Source of the DNA: an uncultured virus (IMG/VR IMGVR_UViG_3300028888_000112)
Lineage: Duplodnaviria; Heunggongvirae; Uroviricota; Caudoviricetes
Length of the DNA: 64,000 nucleotides
Reading direction: 5' to 3' (one strand)
IMG/VR virus record: IMGVR_UViG_3300028888_000112
Made by a program: the position numbers and the translations under genes
Notes under the pieces: model-generated
Seen by the model: the letters and a program-made list of their open reading frames with translations, nothing else
Database searches by the model: none
What the model was told of the DNA's origin: nothing
Shown: positions 36,544 to 45,845 of the stretch, piece by piece
How the letters are laid out: every line of letters begins with the position of its first letter
Position numbering within the stretch: the first letter of the stretch is position 1

Positions 36544-36741
36544 CATAGCCTGAGCGTCTTCAAGCATCACCTTGCGTGCGGCGGCGACAAGTGTAGCTTT
36601 AAGCACGGGGTTCTTGCAGGCGGTGAGCAGCATTTCGACAATGGTTTTTGGGGTTGCGTCTGCAAGGACGCACTTGTTGGTAAGAAGAACGAATTCCTCG
36701 GAGTTGTTAATAAAGTCAAGTGCTGCCTCTTTTGTTTGCAT
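36535..36741 (-). CDS. small hypothetical protein (minus strand)
   Basis: 68-aa ORF in a gap with no convincing + strand gene. Confidence 0.5.
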   Translation of the reverse strand: MQTKEAALDFINNSEEFVLLTNKCVLADATPKTIVEMLLTACKNPVLKATLVAAARKVMLEDAQAMLN

Positions 36742-36904
36742 AGTTGTAAAAATTATGTCGCAAGATAGAAAAAGTTGTTTATGTTTGTATTCGGTAATGA
36801 ATCTTTTTTGTTTACGTGGGCGGGCGGATTTGTGAAGATTTTGCGATCCGTCCGTTTTTTGTTTTATATATTAGATTGATGTTTAACTTTAAAGTAAAAA
36901 CGAT

Positions 36905-37534
36905 ATGAATTTAAAACAATCTTTCAAGATTATAGACGCACGTCGTGGGGATGCGCGCAAGCCGTCGAGGATTCGCGACATGGCTGTGCGCGACATGGCG
37001 GTGCGCAATGAGAAGGCTATAAACAACGCGGCTACTGCGAGAAAATTGGATTTTGTTGCCAACAACCCGTGGATATACAACCTGACCGCCGATCCTAACG
37101 CGCAGGTTGTTAAGGATGCGGTGGACTTCTTTGACACCGTGGAGCATCTTATAAAGCAGGGGTACAACGATTGGGTGAGCGGTGCTATTGATGAGTGCAG
37201 AAAGGCTACCGATTTGGGTTTGGATCGGTCGAATAGAACCTTTTATATATGGGGTTACAAAAGAGAATTCTTAAATGTTAATAAAGCAGCTACAAGTTCA
37301 AGTGTGCGGGTAGAGTATTCGCCTGACGAGCTGCAGCTTAGGCTTTTGGATTACAATGCAGCTATTGGCGGTAACGCAAGCAACGAGGAGATGGGTGGGT
37401 TTATAAAAGTGTTCAACACTTTTACTTACGCATACGACGAAGATCCTGATGAGCGTATAATCGCATTTACAGAGCAGTTCTTTGGAATAGTTGAAGGGGA
37501 GTTCGGCTCAAGCGAAATTGAGACGAGCTTGTAG
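36905..37534 (+). CDS. MNLK-leader protein
   Basis: MNLKQSFKIID...SRIRD-MAVRD-MAVR; 15-nt tandem repeat at 36974-37003. Confidence 0.75.
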   Translation: MNLKQSFKIIDARRGDARKPSRIRDMAVRDMAVRNEKAINNAATARKLDFVANNPWIYNLTADPNAQVVKDAVDFFDTVEHLIKQGYNDWVSGAIDECRKATDLGLDRSNRTFYIWGYKREFLNVNKAATSSSVRVEYSPDELQLRLLDYNAAIGGNASNEEMGGFIKVFNTFTYAYDEDPDERIIAFTEQFFGIVEGEFGSSEIETSL

Positions 37535-37575
37535 ATTCGGTTGCGTACACGATTTGATGGAGGACTAAGGGCTTT

Positions 37576-38199
37576 ATGAAGGCGAAATTTGAGTTGGTTT
37601 TGATTGTAGTGGTGTTTGTGCTACTGATGCTTTTAGCCGCGCTTGGGGCGCGTTTGGAGGCGTTAAGGGGGGAGTACGCTAACGCGATGAACAACTACAA
37701 GGCTTACGACGAGCTGCTTGCGCGTCGGCTTGACTCCGCAAACGCGAGGAACTACGCGCTCAAGCTCACAAAGGAGCAGCTTGAGTACTCGCAGGACAGC
37801 GTGGTGCGGAAGTTGGACGAGGTGCGCAGAGAGCTCAAGATAAAGACGAAGAACCTTGAGCGGCTTGAGTATATAGAGTCTGTGACCGTGCGTCACGACT
37901 CTATTTTTACTACGGACACGATCTTTATTGACGGGGTGGACGTAGACACGACGCTTGCGGACGCGTGGAGGGTGGTCAGGGTTAGGCTTGGTTACCCGAA
38001 CCGCGTTGGGGTGGACACGGAGTTTAAGAATGAGCTCAGCGTTGTTGTGAGCAGCGAGAAGCAGACGATAAAGCCGCCGTCGAAGATTTTCTTTATACGT
38101 TGGTTTCAAAAGAAGCAGCGCATGGTGAAGATCGACGTGGTGGACGCGAACCCGTACGCGTCAGTTAAAGAGCAGAGATTTGTGGAAATTGTTAAGTAA
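37576..38199 (+). CDS. putative spanin-like membrane protein
   Basis: N-terminal TM helix followed by coiled coil. Confidence 0.5.
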   Translation: MKAKFELVLIVVVFVLLMLLAALGARLEALRGEYANAMNNYKAYDELLARRLDSANARNYALKLTKEQLEYSQDSVVRKLDEVRRELKIKTKNLERLEYIESVTVRHDSIFTTDTIFIDGVDVDTTLADAWRVVRVRLGYPNRVGVDTEFKNELSVVVSSEKQTIKPPSKIFFIRWFQKKQRMVKIDVVDANPYASVKEQRFVEIVK

Positions 38200-38252
38200 T
38201 AATTTTGTTATAACAAATTATTTATTACTATTGCAAAGGAATTTAAAACGAT

Positions 38253-38555
38253 ATGGTTATGGAGTACGAGGTAAGGGTTGATTTCTGCGGGTGTGAGGAG
38301 ACCTGCTTTGTTGAGGCGGACTCGCCCGAGGAGGCGGAGGATCTTGCGGTTGACGAAGCCGCCGATCTTCTTTATATCAAGGACGTTATTGAGGCAAACG
38401 ACGGTGGGTTTAGCGTTGTTGTAGGCTTTGACTCGTCTAACGGACACGCAGAGCAGACGTACGACGAAGAGGTGCGAAGCGAGCACAAGGCAATAGACAA
38501 CGCCTTCGAGGACGCGATGTACGATATAAGCGTGGTTGATGTAAAAACAATCTAA
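38253..38555 (+). CDS. very acidic protein with internal repeat
   Basis: Paralog of 38659-38964. Confidence 0.7.
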   Translation: MVMEYEVRVDFCGCEETCFVEADSPEEAEDLAVDEAADLLYIKDVIEANDGGFSVVVGFDSSNGHAEQTYDEEVRSEHKAIDNAFEDAMYDISVVDVKTI

Positions 38556-38658
38556 CCATACGCGGCACGTAAACGATAGCTACGGTAACTACGACGCGCT
38601 TACAAACGGGGAGTGATTTATATATTCAAATAAAGAGTGTTAATTTAAAAATATTATC

Positions 38659-38964
38659 ATGGAATACGAAGTAGTAGTTGGTTTTGCGGGTTACATAGGG
38701 GTTGAAGAGACTTACACTGTGGACGCGGATACAGAGGATGAGGCAAGGGTGTTCGCATTAGACGAGGCGAAGGACGACTTGACAGTTGAGGACGTTGTAG
38801 ATTTGGACGACGGCGAGTACGAGGTTACGGTGGGCTTTGGTGGTTATATTGGTGCTGAGGAGACCTACACGGTTGCGGCAGACAACGAAGGCGAGGCGGA
38901 GGAGCTTGGTTTGGACGAGGCTGCGTTTGACTTATCTGTAAACGATATTAGCTTAGTGGAGTAA
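38659..38964 (+). CDS. very acidic protein with two internal repeats
   Basis: YEV.VGF.GYIG.EETYTV.AD...EA....LDEA twice. Confidence 0.75.
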   Translation: MEYEVVVGFAGYIGVEETYTVDADTEDEARVFALDEAKDDLTVEDVVDLDDGEYEVTVGFGGYIGAEETYTVAADNEGEAEELGLDEAAFDLSVNDISLVE

Positions 38965-38983
38965 CTTTAAAGCGTAAGCGGTT

Positions 38984-39265
38984 ATGGCAAAGGAGGTAAA
39001 GAACGCGAGGCTACAGCGGATATTAAACCGCGAGGGGATCAAGGACGTGGTTATCTTGTTCGTAGACGGGGCTGCGAAGGCTGTTTCCGACGACGATTTC
39101 ACGGACGAGGTTTTGAGCCGCTCTTACGAGAACAACATAGCCTACGTACCGTCTTTCAATCGCATGACGGTGGAGGAGTGGGCTGACTTTGTTAGAGAGG
39201 CGTACGCGGAGGGACTTGAGAACTACAACGACCTTCAGGATTACAAAAACAACCGTTTGTTTTAA
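38984..39265 (+). CDS. hypothetical protein
   Basis: 93-aa ORF. Confidence 0.65.
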   Translation: MAKEVKNARLQRILNREGIKDVVILFVDGAAKAVSDDDFTDEVLSRSYENNIAYVPSFNRMTVEEWADFVREAYAEGLENYNDLQDYKNNRLF

Positions 39266-39297
39266 AGCTTAAATAAAACGATCAAAATATTAGAGTT

Positions 39298-39579
39298 ATG
39301 AACTTAAAGCAAAGACTCGGAAAGAGAAAAATAAAGGACAGTAAGGGTGGTGGGTACGTTGCTATGTGGACGAACCTTTACAATCCCTCGCGGTCAGTCC
39401 CTGTTGCGATGTCAAACGACTACGACAGAATGAAGGAGTACATAAACCAACATTGTGAAATCTACGTAAGAGAGCAGGGGGCGAGGATTCAAGACGGTGG
39501 CGACTTTAATAAGACTGTCATTTTCGAAGATGGAGGGGTTTACAACCTTTGGGTTAAGGAAGATATTGAGGTTTTGTAG
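39298..39579 (+). CDS. MNLK-leader protein
   Basis: MNLKQRLGKRKIKD. Confidence 0.75.
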   Translation: MNLKQRLGKRKIKDSKGGGYVAMWTNLYNPSRSVPVAMSNDYDRMKEYINQHCEIYVREQGARIQDGGDFNKTVIFEDGGVYNLWVKEDIEVL

Positions 39580-39609
39580 TTGCTTACTAAATAATAAAAT
39601 ATTAGAGTT

Positions 39610-40008
39610 ATGAACTTAAAACAGATATTTGGACGGTATAGAATATTTGACGCGGTAGGCTCGGATAAGTTCGGGTACAACGTCCGCGTCACCTCATACG
39701 AGGTTGTTGACGGTTTGGGACGTTACAATTGCCGTTACAGCGAAGCCAACGGCAACATTAAGGTTGACGTAAGGTTTATCGCTTGGATTAAGCAGGAGGG
39801 TACTAAGCCTGTCAAAATAGACGAATTTGTGCTTAACGACAACTCAATCTCTGACGAGGAGTTCGGGTTTTTGACAGACGGTAACGACGAATTCCGACAG
39901 GCGGTGCTTGCTGAGGCGCGGCTTTTCAAACAAGGCATGGCAAGCGGGGACTACCGTGGCTTGGGCATTGATTGGGACGGAGGTTTTTATTATACTTACG
40001 AAAAATAA
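39610..40008 (+). CDS. MNLK-leader protein
   Basis: MNLKQIFGRYRIFD. Confidence 0.75.
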   Translation: MNLKQIFGRYRIFDAVGSDKFGYNVRVTSYEVVDGLGRYNCRYSEANGNIKVDVRFIAWIKQEGTKPVKIDEFVLNDNSISDEEFGFLTDGNDEFRQAVLAEARLFKQGMASGDYRGLGIDWDGGFYYTYEK

Positions 40009-40017
40009 CACGGAGCT

Positions 40018-40491
40018 ATGAACTTAAAGAGACTAATGAGGGTTAAGGACTCGGAGAACTACGAGTTAAACTGGGACGCCGTTTTGCACATAACAGCAGG
40101 TAACGCAGACTCGGACATTTTGCTTGACGTGCTTGACCATGGTGAGCGAGCGTATGGCGACCGTAATAGGGACGTCTTTAGCGAGTACGAGAGTCGGTTT
40201 GACAGATATTTGGATAGTGCCGAAAAGTCGCTAAGGGTAAACGAGGCTGATAGTAGCAGTGAGCGGAGAGAGCTCGAAAACAAGGCTTGGATACGTGCAA
40301 ACTTTAAAGCGTTGCAGAGTATGCTGCCCGACGCAGACACCTTTGCGAAGTACTATCACAATTATCTGCGGGCGGTGCGACGCATAAAACCAAGCGACAA
40401 GGCGTTCTTGGAGAGCTTTGTAAAGGACGTAAGAAAGGTTAGTCCGTACGGAGAGTACGACCGTGGTGACAATGTTTTTTATCTCAAATAG
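40018..40491 (+). CDS. MNLK-leader protein
   Basis: MNLKRLMRVKD. Confidence 0.75.
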   Translation: MNLKRLMRVKDSENYELNWDAVLHITAGNADSDILLDVLDHGERAYGDRNRDVFSEYESRFDRYLDSAEKSLRVNEADSSSERRELENKAWIRANFKALQSMLPDADTFAKYYHNYLRAVRRIKPSDKAFLESFVKDVRKVSPYGEYDRGDNVFYLK

Positions 40492-40570
40492 CGCAATTAA
40501 TAGTCTATGCACGGTTCAGATATCTACGACTGTTTTGTAGAGATTGTTAAATAATTAAAATATTGGAGTT

Positions 40571-41317
40571 ATGAACTTGAAGAAGTTAATGAGGATTAAG
40601 GACGCTAAGAGTGAGGCTGAGAAGCAGTTTAATATTTTGCTTAAGAAAGTTTGGCGCGGCGACTATTCTTCGGCACAATATATTGACTACCCAAAGTGGA
40701 AGGCAGTGGGGGTTTATTTTGATGAAGTACCGCTTGGAGATGGTCGATCCTTATGGTTAAGGATCGACTTTGAACAGAATGACCCACGGCGCGTTAGTGT
40801 AGCATTTGAGGTTGGCACAGAAGCAGCTAGAACGGGATGGTTTTTAGACTTTAAAAAGAATGTTGTGCCGTACAAACGCACGGGAAAAGAAAAAAGAATA
40901 AATTCTGAAGCCTTTGAGTTGTACAAACCCGATTTTATTAAGTATTATAAAAATTACATAACACAGGACGTCATTGACGGTATGCGGGAAGAGTTTAATA
41001 AGAAAATGGGGAATTACTTGGATAAGAGTCAAATGACCTCGTTAAAGTCTAAGTTGAAAAATATTTTATACAGCTGCGGTCAAGACGCGAGCGACTTTGA
41101 TTATGATGTAACTGAAAGGGATACGATTCGCGTGTACGGGTACTTTAAGGCGTACGGAGACAGTTATGGCGCAACTTGTTACTATCGAGACGGTGTGTTT
41201 GACGGTATGGACAATAGCGGTTCGGAGAGTTTGGGTAACAGAGTCCGCAGTATAGCCAACGCGATATATAGAGAGACAAAGGTTCCCAATGTTGTGGTTT
41301 CAATATCGTATGATTAA
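40571..41317 (+). CDS. MNLK-leader protein
   Basis: MNLKKLMRIKD. Confidence 0.75.
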   Translation: MNLKKLMRIKDAKSEAEKQFNILLKKVWRGDYSSAQYIDYPKWKAVGVYFDEVPLGDGRSLWLRIDFEQNDPRRVSVAFEVGTEAARTGWFLDFKKNVVPYKRTGKEKRINSEAFELYKPDFIKYYKNYITQDVIDGMREEFNKKMGNYLDKSQMTSLKSKLKNILYSCGQDASDFDYDVTERDTIRVYGYFKAYGDSYGATCYYRDGVFDGMDNSGSESLGNRVRSIANAIYRETKVPNVVVSISYD

Positions 41318-41361
41318 TTTTATTTTGCAGAGCTTTTTAAATAAGATAAAATATTAGAGTT

Positions 41362-41634
41362 ATGGTGGATTATAACTATGATGATTTAAGTTATTCTGAA
41401 AGAATTGGAATAATAGAAGATTATTATTTTTATTATGAGTTTGGAGATGTAATAAGAGATGCAAAAAAAATGTTTTCTGACGAAGATAAAGTTTGGGATT
41501 ATTTAGATGGATATATAGATGATATTGTTTATGGCAATTTTTCCAAACCTCTACATTCTTGTATTAAAGACAAGTATGATAAAGAGATGCTTTTTTGGGA
41601 TTTAAGACGTTACGTTAAGGGAAAATATTTATAG
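41362..41634 (+). CDS. acidic Tyr-rich protein (AT-rich gene)
   Basis: 90-aa ORF directly after the conserved element. Confidence 0.65.
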   Translation: MVDYNYDDLSYSERIGIIEDYYFYYEFGDVIRDAKKMFSDEDKVWDYLDGYIDDIVYGNFSKPLHSCIKDKYDKEMLFWDLRRYVKGKYL

Positions 41635-41674
41635 ATTTGTGGAGATTGTTAAATAGAATTAAAATATTAGAGTT

Positions 41675-41986
41675 ATTGACAACGCTAAAAAACCTATTGG
41701 ATTTTATAATTATTTAAAATCTTTTTTAAATGAGTTTCGTCTTATAGATGACGAAGTAATTGAAGATGAATCTTTGTTTTACGAAGATGAAGAACAAAGG
41801 AGTGCTTTTGAAACAGGTGTGATACGAGGTGAGAGTATGAGTCTTGAATGGACGTTCAATACTTTGTTACTAAAGTTTATTTATTTTTTAAATAAAAAAG
41901 AAATAAATGATGATACCTTTAGTTTAGATGATGCTGATTGGAATAAACTTCGTATAGAATTTATTGAATATTTTAAAAAATCATAA
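41675..41986 (+). CDS. acidic protein with ATT at the expected start position (AT-rich gene)
   Basis: Frame open from ATT 41675 into ORF 41774-41986. Confidence 0.5.
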   Translation: MDNAKKPIGFYNYLKSFLNEFRLIDDEVIEDESLFYEDEEQRSAFETGVIRGESMSLEWTFNTLLLKFIYFLNKKEINDDTFSLDDADWNKLRIEFIEYFKKS

Positions 41987-41994
41987 TATACATT

Positions 41995-42513
41995 ATGCAC
42001 AGTTCAGTCATCTACGACCATATAGTCCGAGCCTTATTCGCAATGATAGGCGGAATACTCGCATACATAGAGCCGCTTCAAGAAGTGATGTATGTGGTGT
42101 TCGCAACCATATTGGTTGATGTAGCGACCGCGTATCTGCTCAGCCGACGGGTTGCACACAAATACAAAGGAGTATCGCACGGCAAGATTCAGTCGCAGCG
42201 GTTGAAGTCCATGGGGCGGACGGTGGTCGGCATTTTGGCTATTATACTGCTGCTGCAGGGGATCGATCAGTACTGCTTTGTGTACGCGGACTTAAAGCTT
42301 CCGTATCTTGCGGCGTCCGCGTTTTGTATGATACAGGTTGTGAGTATCCTTGAGAATATGAGCAGCTGCAACGACGCGAAGTGGGCGAGGCTGCTGCAGA
42401 AGATACTTGTGGACAAGACCGCAAGGCACTTCGATATGACGGCGGGGGACTTCATTAAAGAGGTGCAGGATATGAAAGCAGAAGAGAATGAAAAAAGTAA
42501 GGGTAAAAAATAA
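41995..42513 (+). CDS. putative holin
   Basis: Several TM helices, VVSILENM motif, charged C-terminus. Confidence 0.7.
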   Translation: MHSSVIYDHIVRALFAMIGGILAYIEPLQEVMYVVFATILVDVATAYLLSRRVAHKYKGVSHGKIQSQRLKSMGRTVVGILAIILLLQGIDQYCFVYADLKLPYLAASAFCMIQVVSILENMSSCNDAKWARLLQKILVDKTARHFDMTAGDFIKEVQDMKAEENEKSKGKK

Positions 42514-42519
42514 GGTGCT

Positions 42520-43248
42520 ATGCGAGTAAATATTGATGCTAATACTGCTACTGATATTCAGAGACTGCGTGAGCTGCTTACAACCATTAAGGTGAGAGGC
42601 TTGGAGGGAGGCTTGGGTGTGTCGGAAAATCACTACCAATCAAAAAATCAGTTTAGTTTTGAGTTGGTGGACGGCATGGATAGAATTATTGGTGGCGGCG
42701 GACACATAAAGGAGTATTGGGGGTATTTAAAGGAGGACGGTGCGTGGTATGAGTGCAACGTTTGTATAAACGGTGACTATCGTCAGTATGCGACAGGCAT
42801 CACGGATAGATGCTCTTTTAAACCGCTGTATATAGATTCGCTTGAGGAGAGCGGATACGGCAAGCACCGCGCAATGAATGCGGACGAGCGCAAGCTTGTG
42901 CTTGAGTATCTAAAGTGGGTGCTTAATGGTGTCAAGACGTACCCCGAAACCGAGCTGCAGAAAGACTTTCTGCCGCTTGTAAGCGAGATTGTTAAAGGAA
43001 AGCGTAAAACTATCGATGGCACTGAGGTTTATAAATACAGTGCGGTTTTAGGCAACAAAGAGATAGAGATTTTAGACCAATATGATAATTTTTGCGGCTC
43101 GATGGCTTTTTCGGAAACGGATGGTGCGTACAATCTGCACGTAAAAAGAATCTCGGTTTACAAGTACGAGAAAGACTTGGTGTTTGACATCGACAACTGC
43201 GAAAATGTTATTGAAGAAGGGGTTGATATAATAATCAATTTAAAGTAG
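42520..43248 (+). CDS. hypothetical protein
   Basis: 242-aa ORF. Confidence 0.7.
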   Translation: MRVNIDANTATDIQRLRELLTTIKVRGLEGGLGVSENHYQSKNQFSFELVDGMDRIIGGGGHIKEYWGYLKEDGAWYECNVCINGDYRQYATGITDRCSFKPLYIDSLEESGYGKHRAMNADERKLVLEYLKWVLNGVKTYPETELQKDFLPLVSEIVKGKRKTIDGTEVYKYSAVLGNKEIEILDQYDNFCGSMAFSETDGAYNLHVKRISVYKYEKDLVFDIDNCENVIEEGVDIIINLK

Positions 43249-43254
43249 AGTGAT

Positions 43255-43890
43255 ATGAACTTAAAGATGTTAATGCGTGTAAGGGATGCGAAAAATATCG
43301 TATTTACAACAGCCGAAGGTTTTAGGTTTGAAATAACCGAAAATGCCAAGGGAAGATTTAATGGTAGTTTCTATGTTGCCGATTGCTCGCACATGGGCGA
43401 TATAGATAGAGTAGAACAATATATAAGGAGTTGTGGTGGAAGTATCAGAGAACACTATTGGAATGGTAGAGATGGTGGCGAGGCTTATGTTTTGTTTTAC
43501 GCCAACGATGTAAGAGCATACGCGAATATTATTAGTGCGGCGCAGCGAGGTCTTGAAAAATATTTAAATGTTATTAAAGATTGGGTGGTCAGTGTTGATA
43601 CGGAAGATTATCATATTGTAAACAACAACGGAGTTTTAAAGTGGGAGTATGCGGGACGAATGAAAGAAATAATGTTAGCGAGAAAAGCAGAAGCCGAGCG
43701 TGAAAGGCAGATAGCAAAAGAAAGAGCCATAGAAAGATATAAAGGCTATATTGAAGAGGTAAATGGAGAGATTTATTATTATCACAGGGACGGTTCGTTA
43801 TTTAATAAATATCCTGCCCATGAGTTTTACGACAAGTTGTACAAAGATTACGGTATTACACCCGAAGAGATGGAGCAGTGTTTTATATGA
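43255..43890 (+). CDS. MNLK-leader protein
   Basis: MNLKMLMRVRD. Confidence 0.75.
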   Translation: MNLKMLMRVRDAKNIVFTTAEGFRFEITENAKGRFNGSFYVADCSHMGDIDRVEQYIRSCGGSIREHYWNGRDGGEAYVLFYANDVRAYANIISAAQRGLEKYLNVIKDWVVSVDTEDYHIVNNNGVLKWEYAGRMKEIMLARKAEAERERQIAKERAIERYKGYIEEVNGEIYYYHRDGSLFNKYPAHEFYDKLYKDYGITPEEMEQCFI

Positions 43891-43937
43891 AACTAATCCT
43901 TTATTTTAATTAAAGTTTTTTAAAAAAATAAGGCACT

Positions 43938-44771
43938 ATGAACTTAAAGAGGTTAATGCAAAGTCGTGGTATGATACGCGACGCTAAGATATCGGAGAAG
44001 GACTTTAGCAAGTCCGTGACGGGGGTTGCGTACAAGGTGTTCCGTTTTAAGGACGGCAAGCTGTACCCGCCGATGGTAAGCAATATAGGCGGCACGGACA
44101 CGCCTGTTGGAGTTTGGCTTGACGCGGAGGAGGGAGAGTTTGCGGGCTTATCAAAAACGGGACGTCCGCAGGTTGTAAACTCGCAGTCATCGAGTCAGCC
44201 CTTGGCGTACCGACCTGGCTGGCACTTAGGCGATCTGCCGCGCGCAAAGCAGTTCGACCGTAAGGTTAGTTGGGTAGAGGTGGAACAGCCGCTTACAGGC
44301 GACGTAAAGACAACACGCGACGAGCTAACCTTAATGAGCCTCGCGAAAAACGAGAACTTGGGTAAGTATTTTTACTTAAAGGATAGCGGCAAGTATGTGC
44401 AGATTGTAAACGACAACGCGCCGTACTTCCCTTACGATTTTGTGTGGGCGGAGTGCGACTATGCTGCGGACGTAAACTATCAGGACGAGGCGGATGAGAT
44501 GGGGTACATGAGGACGAACCCCGACGGCACGTTTTATCGCGGCAACTCCTTTGTGCACTCGCTTGCGGGGTTGAAGCATCTGCCCGAGAACGGGTTCTAC
44601 CGTTACAGAACCAATCCACGCCCCGACACCGTGCCTTGGGTTATCACGGGGGCGATGAGGGTTAACCGCTTGCTTGACGACTTTGATGTGAGCGACATTC
44701 TTGGCGGCAACGCACCCGAGCGGCAGGGAGGCAACCTGACGCTTGAGGAGATGGGGTTGGCGCAGATCTAA
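43938..44771 (+). CDS. MNLK-leader protein with conserved globular domain
   Basis: MNLKRLMQSRGMIRD; AYKVF, KLYP, LAYRPGWH, VWAE, YRYRTNP. Confidence 0.8.
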   Translation: MNLKRLMQSRGMIRDAKISEKDFSKSVTGVAYKVFRFKDGKLYPPMVSNIGGTDTPVGVWLDAEEGEFAGLSKTGRPQVVNSQSSSQPLAYRPGWHLGDLPRAKQFDRKVSWVEVEQPLTGDVKTTRDELTLMSLAKNENLGKYFYLKDSGKYVQIVNDNAPYFPYDFVWAECDYAADVNYQDEADEMGYMRTNPDGTFYRGNSFVHSLAGLKHLPENGFYRYRTNPRPDTVPWVITGAMRVNRLLDDFDVSDILGGNAPERQGGNLTLEEMGLAQI

Positions 44772-44812
44772 GTATATATTATAGTAACATTTTAATTTAA
44801 AATTTTAAAAGT

Positions 44813-45235
44813 ATGAACGGGCGTTTAGCAGATAACCTTAAGGAAAGGATAGAAGACAAAATACGATCCTTGAATAGGACTTACGAGCACGAGTACAAGC
44901 GAAACAACGATGAGTTTATGCATAGTCTCATGTATAAGGGTTATAATATGTATGACTATGATTATAATGGCAGTTACGTGCTTATTGTTGACTTTATGTC
45001 GCAGGGTGCGAGTCCTGCCGAGATACTTGAGGGTTACGGTCAGGATATAGCGCAGTTTGAGGATGATTGGAGGTCTGCGGGCTACGAAACATGCTTTTTG
45101 AAGGCGACCTCACGTGACGATAGAGGCAACCCTGTGTATTACGACTTATCGGTAATGGATATGCTGCAAGAGCAGCTTGACAACGGTGACGAGCCTACGG
45201 GGTACGACGAGAGTGTGTTTGAGGACGATTATTGA
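44813..45235 (+). CDS. acidic protein with MNGRLAD leader
   Basis: 140-aa ORF after TATATATTA at 44773. Confidence 0.7.
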   Translation: MNGRLADNLKERIEDKIRSLNRTYEHEYKRNNDEFMHSLMYKGYNMYDYDYNGSYVLIVDFMSQGASPAEILEGYGQDIAQFEDDWRSAGYETCFLKATSRDDRGNPVYYDLSVMDMLQEQLDNGDEPTGYDESVFEDDY

Positions 45236-45283
45236 TTGTTGGAAATACAATATTGTAACAAAAACTTTAAAAATCTAAATATT

Positions 45284-45733
45284 ATGGAAAAGATAGCAGA
45301 TGGCAACTACGAGGACAAGAGCTACTCGGTAAAGTACGAGGAGGTTGTGGACGCTTTTTTGGCTATGCTGACAAGCGACTTTAATGACAAGGATATTCAA
45401 ACCGTCAAGGATGGGTTCTACCTGCTGCTTACCGCAGACATGGTGGACGCTGCCTTTAAGGAGGCTAAGCGCAGCTTAAAGGATGAGGTTTCTGATTCAC
45501 GCAGGATTAAGGATAGTGCGGTTGATATTGAGGACGCTGTTTACGAGAAGTTTATAAACGCGTCAGCAGAAACGCGCGACGAGTTGGTTGAGCTTATCGA
45601 CAAGAACTACGACATGGAGGAGTTTGAGTCAACGGACGACCTTGCGAACTCGCTCTACAACTACTTAGACTTTCTTTTGCCGCAGTTGTCGGACGATGCG
45701 GTTATTGACTTGCAGGATAGTGGTTATTTGTAA
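45284..45733 (+). CDS. two-segment acidic protein with EVSDSRRIKD linker
   Basis: MEKIAD start; same linker type as the 776-aa protein. Confidence 0.75.
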   Translation: MEKIADGNYEDKSYSVKYEEVVDAFLAMLTSDFNDKDIQTVKDGFYLLLTADMVDAAFKEAKRSLKDEVSDSRRIKDSAVDIEDAVYEKFINASAETRDELVELIDKNYDMEEFESTDDLANSLYNYLDFLLPQLSDDAVIDLQDSGYL

Positions 45734-45845
45734 ATAATATACAAGAGGTTCAATTTTGCGAACATACTTCGGTGGATGGCGCAGACCTATACAGGTTTGC
45801 GCCTTTTGCTTTTATATATTAGAAGTAACAAAAACGTTTTTGAAG

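Larger units (their letters stand above)
39256..41677 (+). repeat. five dispersed copies of a ~40-bp intergenic element
   Basis: TTTG...TAAATA...AAAATATT(A/G)GAGTTAT(G/T) ending at 39300, 39612, 40573, 41364, 41677. Confidence 0.85.

Noticed and set aside
39256..41677. CRISPR array or integron
   Set aside because: Repeats are degenerate, separated by whole genes, lack attC-like palindromes, and no cas or integrase gene is in the window.
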